From Desulfomonilia bacterium (GTDB lineage Bacteria; Desulfobacterota; Desulfomonilia; UBA1062): 64,000 nt of DNA. The position numbers were made by a program, and so were the translations under genes. Under the pieces are notes generated by a model. That model had not been told where the DNA came from. It did no database searches and worked only from the letters and a program-made list of their open reading frames with translations. The stretch is taken from contig JBEKDT010000001.1 in assembly GCA_050014195.1 (NCBI GenBank), positions 288,001 to 352,000 of the forward strand, read 5' to 3'. Within the stretch, counting starts at the first letter, position 1. Each line of letters opens with the position of its first letter. This document shows, piece after piece, positions 1 through 9,091 of this stretch.

Positions 1-327
1 TGCGCTTCCCACGACATGTACATTCAGAAACTTCAGGAGTTCCTTCGGGGCGTTTAAAAAAGAAGGCGAATCATGATTCCCTGCCGTCACAACTACATGG
101 CGGTTTGAAGAGGCCGCTACACGGCACAGAAAACTGTAATAGAGTTCCTGAGCATAATTGCTGGGTGTACTGTTGTCGAATATATCTCCTGACACAAGAA
201 GCACATCGATATCTTCGCGTTCAATAAGGTCTGCCAGCCAGTTCAGGAATGCCTCGAACTCTGCGTATCTCTTGCGTCCGTAAAGGGTGCGGCCAATATG
301 CCAGTCGGAAGTGTGGAGAAGCTTCAT
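1..327 (-). CDS. sbcD: Exonuclease SbcCD subunit D (Mre11-like metallophosphoesterase), runs off the window edge
   Basis: Not in the ORF track. Manual translation gives MKLLHTSDWHIGRTLYG...VLLVSGDIFD...VVVTAGNHDS, with the DxH, GD and GNHD motifs; purine-rich RBS (GGAAGGAG) upstream. Confidence 0.93.
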   Translation of the reverse strand, partial: MKLLHTSDWHIGRTLYGRKRYAEFEAFLNWLADLIEREDIDVLLVSGDIFDNSTPSNYAQELYYSFLCRVAASSNRHVVVTAGNHDSPSFLNAPKELLKFLNVHVVGSA

Positions 328-494
328 CTCCTTCCTTTCTGTGGAGAAATATGATTTCTCAGCCTTTCATGTTTATGAAGGGTTGGAACCTTTCACAAAG
401 GACAGAGAATATAGTATCTAATTGTTATCAAATGGACTTCCCTTAAAATCACCGTTAATACCTATTTATATTTTAGAGCTCCGTCCTACCTGAT

Positions 495-1022
495 TTAAGG
501 AATTCTGCAAGTAAGGCCTGAGTTTGGTCCTCCAGGTATGCCAATCGCAGCCTCAATTGTTACAAAATCATTAGTACGTAGGATATCTAATAGAGTATTA
601 GTAGACACCTGTGTTCCAATTTTCTGTTCAGACTCAGGCCGTGGGTTGTTTACTGCTTTGCCTCGATATACTATGAGAAAATCCTTGCCTTCCGCTTTAG
701 CACGTAAACATAAGCCTCGGAGGTAATATCGATTAAATTCGCCCTCTGCCAACTGTTGCGCTGCATTGGGTTTATTAATATTTCGTGATCTTGTAATCCC
801 ATTACGGGTATATTCTTCCTGTGACTTCATGTACCCACGTTTTAGAATTTCTTGTGCAATCCAGTCATCATTGTGACTCTTGATACCTTCTTCAAACAAA
901 GATTGCCAACGTATCTGCCCATCTTCAGTTAATCGAGGACTAATATAATGATCACCTAACTGTGACTCTTCGAGCATGTACTCTCTTGTGATTTCATCAA
1001 GGTTCTCATAGTGAATACCCAT
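495..1022 (-). CDS. Hypothetical protein (175 aa) between the RloC-like gene and sbcD
   Basis: Intact ORF with AAGGAG RBS; motif-like segments LAEGEFNRYYLRGLC and GPNSGL; no family recognised. Confidence 0.8.
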   Translation of the reverse strand: MGIHYENLDEITREYMLEESQLGDHYISPRLTEDGQIRWQSLFEEGIKSHNDDWIAQEILKRGYMKSQEEYTRNGITRSRNINKPNAAQQLAEGEFNRYYLRGLCLRAKAEGKDFLIVYRGKAVNNPRPESEQKIGTQVSTNTLLDILRTNDFVTIEAAIGIPGGPNSGLTCRIP

Positions 1023-1094
1023 ACTCTTCTCCTTAAGAGAATAAATTTCCCAGTAGTTATTTTTTACTCACTGGAATATTCAGGCTAACTTTAA

Positions 1095-3719
1095 TCATGA
1101 TTCAGCGACTACAATAGCTTGTTTCCTGCCTTTTGCAACTTCTTTACTACGTTCTTCCACACGCAATCGCCAATTATCCAGCGTATTAATGTCTACCAGA
1201 AGTGTATCAGGATCAGGGACGGAGACACCGCCCATAAGTGCCTTATCATGGGTGTAATTCGAACACCTGCTCATGCCTTGGAATACTTGGGCATAGTCGG
1301 CATCATCGACCACCACTTCTTTAAGCCTCTGAGTCTCGATACCTTTACGAAAACGCAATACAACTCTTCGCAATAATACTTCCTCTACGGCCCTCTCCCA
1401 TGTATCACGCAACATGCGATAAGCATCCATGGTCTGCTTACGATATTCCGACTCGTCTCCATCTTTATATAACTTGGCGATCTTCTGATGCTGAGCTCTC
1501 AAGGATTTAATCCGAGATAAAGTATTCATTCCCTCGAAGGGAAGATCTGATTCTGCAACACCAAAGCCCTCCGGGCATCTGACTAGACTCTGCGTTGTGA
1601 TAGGCACTCCTGTTACTCCCGCTTCCTCGATCAGTATGCATAGGAAGTAGACATCGTGAGTTAATATAATGACCTGTCGCTTTGATGCCTCTTGAACCAA
1701 CCGTCTAGCTACACGCTCTCTGAACCGATGATCTAGTGAAGAGACTGGATCATCGAAAACTATACCACCTGATCCTCCATTAATTGCAACCTCAGCCAGA
1801 AAAGCTCCGATGGCTATGGCTCGCTGTTCACCTTCACTAAGTATATTGCCAGGACTATTAACCTGAGGAAGGCTTAGTTTGAGCTTATGCAATGGTTTGC
1901 CCTTTTCCACATTGCTCTGCAATGACACATTCAGATTACCAACGCCCAACTTCTTGAATTCTGCATTAAGTGTGTTTTCCAATTTTTCCGAAACCACTTT
2001 TTCTATCACTTCATTCGTTTTATCTGAGATGGGTTTAGTCTTCACAGCCGATAGACACTTCGTTAGTTTAGTTTGTCGGCTCATTTTATCAATTGCGGTT
2101 AAAACTGCTAATTTCATTTTTGAAAGTTTAATCCTTGCATCAAACTCATTGAATTGCGTTTGCAAAGCTGAACGTGTATCTTTGTCAGCAGCTTTTTCTA
2201 ATGTCTCTACTTCTTTATTGAGCTTGACTGACAAAGCTTTAAGCTTGTCCGCGGGACTCGCCGGTATAGCTGCTACATCTCCCCACTCATGGGATATGAA
2301 AGCAGCCTTCATCTTTGCATAGCGATCACCCATTGCCGTCTCGAAAGCCCGGATTCCCTGTGCAAGAGTTTTGTCATAGGTGGCAATCTCTACAAATGTT
2401 TCTTCATCGAGTCCTAGGGAAATGTCTAGCGCAACTAAGAGGTCATAGGCATCAATCAAGTTTTTACGTCGCGTTTGAACTGTTTTTTCGGTTTCCTGTT
2501 GCACGAACTCCTCGAACTGTTTGAGGCGCAAGGCTCCCTCATCAAGGTATTGCTGGCAAAGTGGACATTGTGCCCCTTTCTCTATATGAGGGAATGGTTT
2601 TCCTGGATATGCTTCTTTAGAGAACTTGCGAGCAGCTTCAAACAGTTCTCGCCATGCTTCACCGCCAGTTCCAGGAAGTAATTGGCTATCATCCTTAAAT
2701 TTACGGGCTGCAATAGTCGCAGCGGTTTGAGCTTCAAGAAATCTTTTATCAAGCATCTTGTATTCATTTAACTTAACCTGATCAATGAATTTAAGCTTGT
2801 CTATGACATTCTGAGCAATACGGGTAATACGCCGACTTCTAAGGGTCAACTGAGCTGCTTTCTCTTTAGGGCTGCTTTCTTTGAGGCTTCTTTCTAGTGC
2901 TTCATGTTGATTTATTTCTTCCGAAGTAAGGGTTGCTAATTTCTCAACCTGTTTCGGGTCAGTCTTAGCCGATAGCTTTTCAATGAGATTCCCCACAACA
3001 GTGGCCCCATGAAGGTCGGCAAAGGGACTTAGATCGGGAGCACACTGAGCATGTTCTTGGTCAATCTTAGTTTTAAGTTGGCGACAAATGTTCGCTAATC
3101 CTTCGAAGACATCAAGACCATAGGGCACATAGGCAAAGTCATTGTCGGAATCGAGATATGCCCTCGCACATCGATGGTCGAAAATAGCAATCGTCGAGAG
3201 AGATTCAGGGGCTACTCTTCCATTAACCCACCGTTCTTCCTTAGTTTCACCATTCACAATGATTTCAAAGGTAGCTTCTGCATTTCCTACTTGCGTAACA
3301 GGCAGATATGCGTTGGGGAGTATCGGCTCACTTTGGTCGCGAGCGCGGCATGCACGCTTCAAGACTCGAGAATATCCTGATTTACCTGTTGCGTTATCAC
3401 CATAGATTACTGTCAGTCCCTTCGGCGCGAAAGTAACTCTGTGGTTGCTAGCGATTGCATTCACATTCTGAAGGTTCTTGATACCGATAAGTTCAACATG
3501 CGTGTCAGACTTAACAGGTGCAGGTATCTGATCAGCGCTTAACTTATTAGGCTTGCGACCATTAGGGTCGGGAATGCCATGACTTGCCTTGAGTAAAGCA
3601 AACAGGTCTTCGATGTCCTCTGAGCCAAGATTTTGTTTTGTTAATAATCGCGTAATCGCATCACTCTGCCAGTCAGGCAAGCCTTGAGCCCAAAGCAATA
3701 TCTCTTGAAGAATGCTCAT
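1095..3719 (-). CDS. RloC-like Rad50/SMC-type ABC ATPase with zinc hook and probable C-terminal HEPN
   Basis: Walker A GDNATGKS, coiled coil with CPLC hook, signature LSEGEQ, Walker B/D-loop VFDDPVSSLDH, H-switch LTHD, C-terminal RCSNYTH (Rx5H). Confidence 0.75.
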   Translation of the reverse strand: MSILQEILLWAQGLPDWQSDAITRLLTKQNLGSEDIEDLFALLKASHGIPDPNGRKPNKLSADQIPAPVKSDTHVELIGIKNLQNVNAIASNHRVTFAPKGLTVIYGDNATGKSGYSRVLKRACRARDQSEPILPNAYLPVTQVGNAEATFEIIVNGETKEERWVNGRVAPESLSTIAIFDHRCARAYLDSDNDFAYVPYGLDVFEGLANICRQLKTKIDQEHAQCAPDLSPFADLHGATVVGNLIEKLSAKTDPKQVEKLATLTSEEINQHEALERSLKESSPKEKAAQLTLRSRRITRIAQNVIDKLKFIDQVKLNEYKMLDKRFLEAQTAATIAARKFKDDSQLLPGTGGEAWRELFEAARKFSKEAYPGKPFPHIEKGAQCPLCQQYLDEGALRLKQFEEFVQQETEKTVQTRRKNLIDAYDLLVALDISLGLDEETFVEIATYDKTLAQGIRAFETAMGDRYAKMKAAFISHEWGDVAAIPASPADKLKALSVKLNKEVETLEKAADKDTRSALQTQFNEFDARIKLSKMKLAVLTAIDKMSRQTKLTKCLSAVKTKPISDKTNEVIEKVVSEKLENTLNAEFKKLGVGNLNVSLQSNVEKGKPLHKLKLSLPQVNSPGNILSEGEQRAIAIGAFLAEVAINGGSGGIVFDDPVSSLDHRFRERVARRLVQEASKRQVIILTHDVYFLCILIEEAGVTGVPITTQSLVRCPEGFGVAESDLPFEGMNTLSRIKSLRAQHQKIAKLYKDGDESEYRKQTMDAYRMLRDTWERAVEEVLLRRVVLRFRKGIETQRLKEVVVDDADYAQVFQGMSRCSNYTHDKALMGGVSVPDPDTLLVDINTLDNWRLRVEERSKEVAKGRKQAIVVAES

Positions 3720-4049
3720 ATGTCTCCTTATCTTACTTTATAACCCTTTCAACAGTCGCTGGAACTCCTCCATTTATCGAGAATCTCCAGCCCTGTCTTC
3801 CTCAGGTCGTCCATTTCTTCTGACGGTTTCAGGCATAGAAGGATAAAACATCCATCATACTATCTTGAGAGCCCCCTTAAGCATTGTGTCTTCACTGATA
3901 TGAAATATTAATCTGTTGAATGATTCTTTATCGTAGGTGGACAGGATGTACCCATAGACATTTCATAAGTATAATATGCTTATATTTTATTTTTATGTTG
4001 AGAATTAGTCAAGGAAATTAAAAATATAAACTATGCCGAAATGAAATTA

Positions 4050-4132
4050 TTTCGTATAGCGAGTTGAGTCTGATTTTCACCCATCTCGACCCCCTTTAAA
4101 GTATCACTTATAGCACATATCGCTATACGAAA
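4050..4132. repeat. 13-bp perfect inverted repeat with 57-bp spacer
   Basis: TTTCGTATAGCGA (4050-4062) and TCGCTATACGAAA (4120-4132). Confidence 0.7.
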
Positions 4133-4374
4133 GAGTCATCTTGTATAGACATCTATCAGGTATTACTAATGATTTTCCTGATGTCTTGGTGAGTTAAGCC
4201 TTTCTTAAATAAATCTTGTCACAAAACCTTCAATATAGGCAAAACGTTGTGCATAGCATATGATGATCACATTTTTCAAATGCCCAAAATGATAAAGTCC
4301 GTGCCAATATCGATACTCTCGATATAAGGTAAAAAAGTATACCTATCCTAAGAGAATACAAACTTAATGGAATA

Positions 4375-4405
4375 AAAAAGGCAGGGTTTTTGGCCCCGCC
4401 TTTTA
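4375..4405. terminator. Bidirectional intrinsic terminator-like hairpin
   Basis: AAAAAAGGCAGGG-tttttgg-CCCCGCCTTTT just past the stop of 4461..5450. Confidence 0.6.
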
Positions 4406-4460
4406 TGTTTGGTTCGACCCTGCCTCGTCTGCACAAAATAACCGTGAGAATAAGTACATG

Positions 4461-5450
4461 TCATTCAGGGTCAGTTTCCAATGACTCAAGTTCATGAAAT
4501 GTTATAGACATGGTCGCCTCTTCCGTGATCAAATTTGCGAATAGCATGCAGTTGTGAATGATCGTTTCAAACCCAAGCTGCTTCAAACCATTGCCAATAT
4601 CTGGATAATTCCTATATAAGCGTTTATTATATTTTGGCTCAAAAAGATTGATTAGATAGGCCTCACAGTCATTAACAGCGAACGACTCCAACTCATTAAA
4701 AGGTGTCTCCTTTATTGCTTGCTGAAATTGCTCTTGGGTTAGGATGTTTCCATCAAAGTCCACAATCTCCTCGGAGCCATCATTTTCGATAGGGAAGAGT
4801 TCCTTTGTACCATCCAGCCTCAAGAATATTAGTGAAAGTTCATAAGGACTAAATTCACCTTCAATAAAGGGATGTTCAACCGCAAGCACTTTAGAAAGCT
4901 TTTCATGGCCGGTAAGCCTGTCCCAAATATATTGATTTTTAGCTTGACCGATATAATGGACAAAATAGGTAAGAAATTCCTCTATATTTCCTATAATCTC
5001 TATCTGAAACCCCCAATTTTTAAATAGATAATCATAAATGAGTCGTTCCGGAGAAAGCCAAGCAATGAATTTTCTATCTCTATTAAAAAATTTTATGCCA
5101 GCTGCATTCATGAATGGATGCTGTGTCTGCTGTTCCTTTTTAAAGAAGTTCATTTCTGCCATGAACCTGTTATCGGGGAAATCTGGATCATCTTTCATGG
5201 GGGCTAGTTTAACCGACAACTCTCCCTCTTTATTCCTCTGCTTGATCTTAAGATGAATTATTCCTGTTTCTTCATGCGGCACTATCTCATCAAAAAAGAG
5301 CACTGGTCTTTGGCAAATGATATAAATAGAGGAATTTTTCCAATATTCTAGGACTTCTTTTTCTTCTTTAAACTGTTCAAATTCATACACCGACATAGCC
5401 GGGTATGACATAACAAATTTTGTCTGAATATTCTTCTTCAGCAAGCGCAT
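4461..5450 (-). CDS. Hypothetical protein with GIY-YIG-like nuclease motifs
   Basis: SIYII ... HYIGQA...DRL..H ... DCEAYLI..FEPKYN. Start moved to ATG 5450 because the track's extra 44 aa overlap an IS end. Confidence 0.55.
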   Translation of the reverse strand: MRLLKKNIQTKFVMSYPAMSVYEFEQFKEEKEVLEYWKNSSIYIICQRPVLFFDEIVPHEETGIIHLKIKQRNKEGELSVKLAPMKDDPDFPDNRFMAEMNFFKKEQQTQHPFMNAAGIKFFNRDRKFIAWLSPERLIYDYLFKNWGFQIEIIGNIEEFLTYFVHYIGQAKNQYIWDRLTGHEKLSKVLAVEHPFIEGEFSPYELSLIFLRLDGTKELFPIENDGSEEIVDFDGNILTQEQFQQAIKETPFNELESFAVNDCEAYLINLFEPKYNKRLYRNYPDIGNGLKQLGFETIIHNCMLFANLITEEATMSITFHELESLETDPE

Positions 5451-5491
5451 TGGGCACACTCTTCGAAGGCAACATCCAAATTCCTTAACAA

Positions 5492-5635
5492 CTACTCCAC
5501 GCCTGTCCGCACTTTCTGGTCCATGATGGTAACTCCTTCCCAGCCCATAGACACTTCCTCCTGTCTCTATGAAACTATGCATAAGTGTTACCCATATACC
5601 CAGAATATTTTGTTACCTATCTCCCCGTTCGATCA
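5492..5635 (-). mobile_element. IS481-family left-end remnant
   Basis: Minus strand begins TGATCGAACGGGGAGATAGGTAACA, with two internal TGTTACCYAT repeats (5586, 5611). Then RBS AGGAGG and MGWEGVTIMDQKVR, similar to IS481 transposase N-termini (MPW.....MDQR), stopping after 18 codons. Confidence 0.6.
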
Positions 5636-5659
5636 AAAAACATACTGTTCTAAGTTTTA

Positions 5660-6844
5660 TCACCTCGATCTAGACCTGTTTAGTTTGCTTTTAAGTGCAG
5701 TCTCTTCGGGTGGGAAGATCTGATGGAAGCCATCGTGAATATTCCGACCCATTGTTGTGATTAACCGTGTGATCTTATGAGCACTCTCAGTAGTTTCGTG
5801 TAGCATCTGCTTTGGCCTTACAGAGTTATCTCTGCTTTCTTTGATATACTTATCGTCGGCCTCTCCTCCGTTGTGTTCATAAACGTGGCGTCGGAAGAAC
5901 ATTAGGCACGCGAACTGGATGTCATCTTCTTTCATACCTTTAAAGATGTGTATGTCAAAGACTTCTCGAAGTGAATCAGCACAAGGTTTCAGATTATGAA
6001 AAAGCTTCTTTTGCCACTCTTTTTGCCGTGTTGGCGTCATGGGTACTCTAATTGCTAATTGCTTGACGATTTGCCGGGCAAAACTGTCGAAAGACGAGAC
6101 TGCATCTTTTACGCAAGCTTCGAAGTTCTCTGCTTCGGTAATTCGTTCCTGTATGATTCTCATGTCGTGTTCTAGTTCAAACACCCCATTGTGAGTACCA
6201 CAGTTTGAGCAATACCCATATCTCCCAAGGATATCGTTATAATCACCGCATGCTGGGCACTCGAATTTGTTTTGTTGAGTCTCCTCAGTGTAGTAGAACT
6301 TGGGTTTCACTCCGTCTTTTTCAACCGAATCTGTAACTGCGTCCATATTTATAATGTGTTCACCATCTTTTAAAGAGTTGATGGCATCGCGAAAAAACTT
6401 ACAGCATGCATCTACGTAGCGTCTCTGGCCAGGAGTCAGGAACTCATGCGTCTCTGTGCGAAGTCCACAATAGGGACATGTCAACAGCCATCGAGAAGGA
6501 GCAGACTTAGATCGCCAGTACCCATTACACTTCATGCATTGATGTCCGTACAACCCATGGCTATCAGAACCGATTAGGACCAAGAAGTAGGTCAAGGTCG
6601 GGGGTGGATCTGTCTGGAGTCCTATCCCACCTAAAGCGACCGTAGCCATAGGTATACCTTCCGGCAGTGCATAAATAGCAAACCATGCAGAAGGAGTGGG
6701 GCGAGAGCTTCTAACCCCGAATTGTACAGTTCGCTGCCCGTCTTCACAAGTTTCAACATGGATGCTAACTTGCCCACCACAGTGGGCAATCTCTTTGAAC
6801 TCTTCCATTTGCCCCAACATTCTATAGGCCCCTTGGACTTGCAT
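5660..6844 (-). CDS. Zn-ribbon plus HEPN domain protein
   Basis: Four CxxC pairs (CMKC, CPYC, CPAC, CSNC) and C-terminal RHVYEH (Rx4H). True start may be ATG 6808. Confidence 0.7.
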   Translation of the reverse strand: MQVQGAYRMLGQMEEFKEIAHCGGQVSIHVETCEDGQRTVQFGVRSSRPTPSAWFAIYALPEGIPMATVALGGIGLQTDPPPTLTYFLVLIGSDSHGLYGHQCMKCNGYWRSKSAPSRWLLTCPYCGLRTETHEFLTPGQRRYVDACCKFFRDAINSLKDGEHIINMDAVTDSVEKDGVKPKFYYTEETQQNKFECPACGDYNDILGRYGYCSNCGTHNGVFELEHDMRIIQERITEAENFEACVKDAVSSFDSFARQIVKQLAIRVPMTPTRQKEWQKKLFHNLKPCADSLREVFDIHIFKGMKEDDIQFACLMFFRRHVYEHNGGEADDKYIKESRDNSVRPKQMLHETTESAHKITRLITTMGRNIHDGFHQIFPPEETALKSKLNRSRSR

Positions 6845-6933
6845 CTGCGCTATTCTGCGCTCTAGCGGTGGGCATCATCGTCGTGATTCCGCGCGGGAAC
6901 CGTTGCTAGGCCATAATCTCAGCGCAATGGCTT

Positions 6934-7791
6934 CTACCTGTACAACTCCTCTAATATTCGTAATGTCCCAAAAATGGTGTCGGTGACAACCTTATGGTCA
7001 AACTGCTTCTCGGCATCCTTTGAATGCAGAACGTCATTCGCAGTCTTCCGTATCCCATGAGCGATATCAAGGCTGCCCTTTGACAATATCTTTTCCCACT
7101 TCGCCATATTGATGTATCGGTTCAGGTTGTCTTCCCTCGCCACGTTAATACTAGTGAACTTAGGTTCTTTATCCTTAAATGCACCTCTTGCCTTGAGTTT
7201 TCGATATAGCGCCATTTCCAACAAGGCGCGACATAAAGCTACACTTGCTCTGTATTGTCCAAAGGCATATGTTTCCTTGAGTTCTTCAAAGTATGACAGG
7301 AGGTAAGATGGAACTTTGAAAGACGAAATAATCGGGCCGATCTTTATTTTGGCAAAGTAATATCCAGTGACATCGAACCATGAATGAAAATCCGAAAATA
7401 AATCATCGAACTTGTCAGATAGGATATCACGGATTGACATTGCTATCTCATCAGTTCGATTCTTCGCTTTGGTGTTGAGCATTTTCCCGACATTCTCATA
7501 AAATGCGATTGAATAAAACTTGTCGTCTCTCCTGATAGAGTCGAGCAGCCGTAGTGCCTGTCTATCCTGAATTCTGAGTTCGGTCACATCCTTAAAGTCC
7601 TCAAGTATTTCGTTTTTTGCGGTGAAGGCCTCCACTGCTGTCTTCATCATTTCGCCAAGAAACGCTGATAGTTCCTCGGGACTCTGAGGTTTACTAGTCT
7701 CGTAGGTGAACTTCAGGAACTCCTTTTCAAGCCTTTCAAATTTGCGCACATTCTTGAGAACTCGCTGTTCGGTTGCTGTCATCTGGTCCAT
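6934..7791 (-). CDS. DUF4145 (HEPN-like) domain protein
   Basis: C-terminal ASVALCRALLE ... IRKTANDVLH pattern. Confidence 0.7.
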   Translation of the reverse strand: MDQMTATEQRVLKNVRKFERLEKEFLKFTYETSKPQSPEELSAFLGEMMKTAVEAFTAKNEILEDFKDVTELRIQDRQALRLLDSIRRDDKFYSIAFYENVGKMLNTKAKNRTDEIAMSIRDILSDKFDDLFSDFHSWFDVTGYYFAKIKIGPIISSFKVPSYLLSYFEELKETYAFGQYRASVALCRALLEMALYRKLKARGAFKDKEPKFTSINVAREDNLNRYINMAKWEKILSKGSLDIAHGIRKTANDVLHSKDAEKQFDHKVVTDTIFGTLRILEELYR

Positions 7792-8149
7792 TTCCTTCCG
7801 AGGACTAACAATAATTATGTTTCACTTTGGTTTCGCATAACTATTCGGAGAATAATTGCAGTATATCCAGATATTGAGAATATGACAATATCCTTAATTA
7901 ATTATCAAATTGAAGATCTTATGCCACATGTAATGGTATGGAATGAATCATCCATGGCATAGATTTCGTACCAGGAGTAACGGTTTGGCCTTATTGAATA
8001 TATCTTTTGATAATCATCAGTGCGCCGGGAGACCGTCAAGGAGTAAAGGGTGAAAGTCCCATACAGTAAAGTAAAGGAATAGCACCATGCTGACCCCGAG
8101 TCAAGCTGCATCTAGTAACTTGGCATATTGTGCTTAGGTCTACTTTCCC

Positions 8150-8614
8150 TTATTTGATTTCCTTATACCATCGAACACATGCCTTTTGATGCATCAGCCA
8201 CAATAGATTATTTCGCACATCATCTTCTTCTTCTATAACCACCACTTTGATAAGTGCCCGGTAACCCTTTGGGCTAGGGTATTGTAATAGATATTGTATT
8301 GCCACATAAACATATCGTGCATCACTTAGTTTCGAAACATATCGCGTCGTGTCCTTCGTAATTTTTGCAATGCTTATATCGTTGTCACGCTTGAGCCGAA
8401 TAGTAGTCGATGTCACCCAGTTCAGAAAAAAGTTTTTAACCATCCTGTATATTTTTTTAAAAACATATTCCAATTGTTCTAAGATAACCTTTCTCCACAC
8501 CACAATTATAATTAGTGCAATAAGAGAAATAATAAGAAGAATTGCTTGGTGCTCAAGTGATAGATACATAAATTTCCAAACCCATCCTAATACCTCTTCA
8601 ACATCTTTCTTCAA
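8150..8614 (-). CDS. Hypothetical membrane protein
   Basis: One strong hydrophobic segment (AILLIISLIALIIIVVW); directly downstream of the receiver gene. Confidence 0.55.
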   Translation of the reverse strand: MKKDVEEVLGWVWKFMYLSLEHQAILLIISLIALIIIVVWRKVILEQLEYVFKKIYRMVKNFFLNWVTSTTIRLKRDNDISIAKITKDTTRYVSKLSDARYVYVAIQYLLQYPSPKGYRALIKVVVIEEEDDVRNNLLWLMHQKACVRWYKEIK

Positions 8615-8662
8615 ATGATTCTCTCACTCATGAATCCATAGGCTTCCTAGATAAGACGCAAC

Positions 8663-9091
8663 CTACCCTTGGAGTAGTTCATCCACAGCCTCCTTTACAT
8701 CATCCGGTGTCGCATAATACTTCAAGACAAACCCAATACTTTGATCTATCTCTTTGATTCTCGCAATCTTATCTTGTTCAGTGACTACGGTTACTACTAG
8801 TATAGGTTGATTTAGACCAATACTTCTGATGTGGCGTATTAACTCAATGCCATAAAAAATATCCTCAACTCGTAAAAGTTTCTCTTTTACCTGTTCCTTT
8901 GTTATCGCTTGTTCACCACTTGGCAAGATTATGTCAACTACATACATATCGTACTGCTTTTCTGCAATCTTAGTTAAAGCATCTGAATAATCCACAGCTC
9001 GTTCCACATTATACTTTCGGCAGACCCCATTAGAAAAAGCTCTAAATTGGTCTTTTTCATCTTCTATCCACAAGATCACCTTATCCATCAA
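8663..9091 (-). CDS. Single-domain response regulator receiver
   Basis: ILWIEDE, phosphoacceptor in YVVDIILP, VVT, conserved K; overlaps the kinase stop by 4 nt. Confidence 0.88.
   Translation of the reverse strand: MMDKVILWIEDEKDQFRAFSNGVCRKYNVERAVDYSDALTKIAEKQYDMYVVDIILPSGEQAITKEQVKEKLLRVEDIFYGIELIRHIRSIGLNQPILVVTVVTEQDKIARIKEIDQSIGFVLKYYATPDDVKEAVDELLQG

Noticed and set aside
358-411. Fifth repeat copy upstream of sbcD (hairpin and CCTTTCACAAAG)
   Set aside because: Only a short match to hairpin B and no split -24/-12 hairpin; may be chance or a terminator.
3738-3966. Gene remnant ending ...EEFQRLLKGL upstream of the RloC-like gene
   Set aside because: Broken frames and too short to assign.
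4049-4077. Canonical dif or loxP site
   Set aside because: Only one half-site; no partner arm at 6-8 bp.
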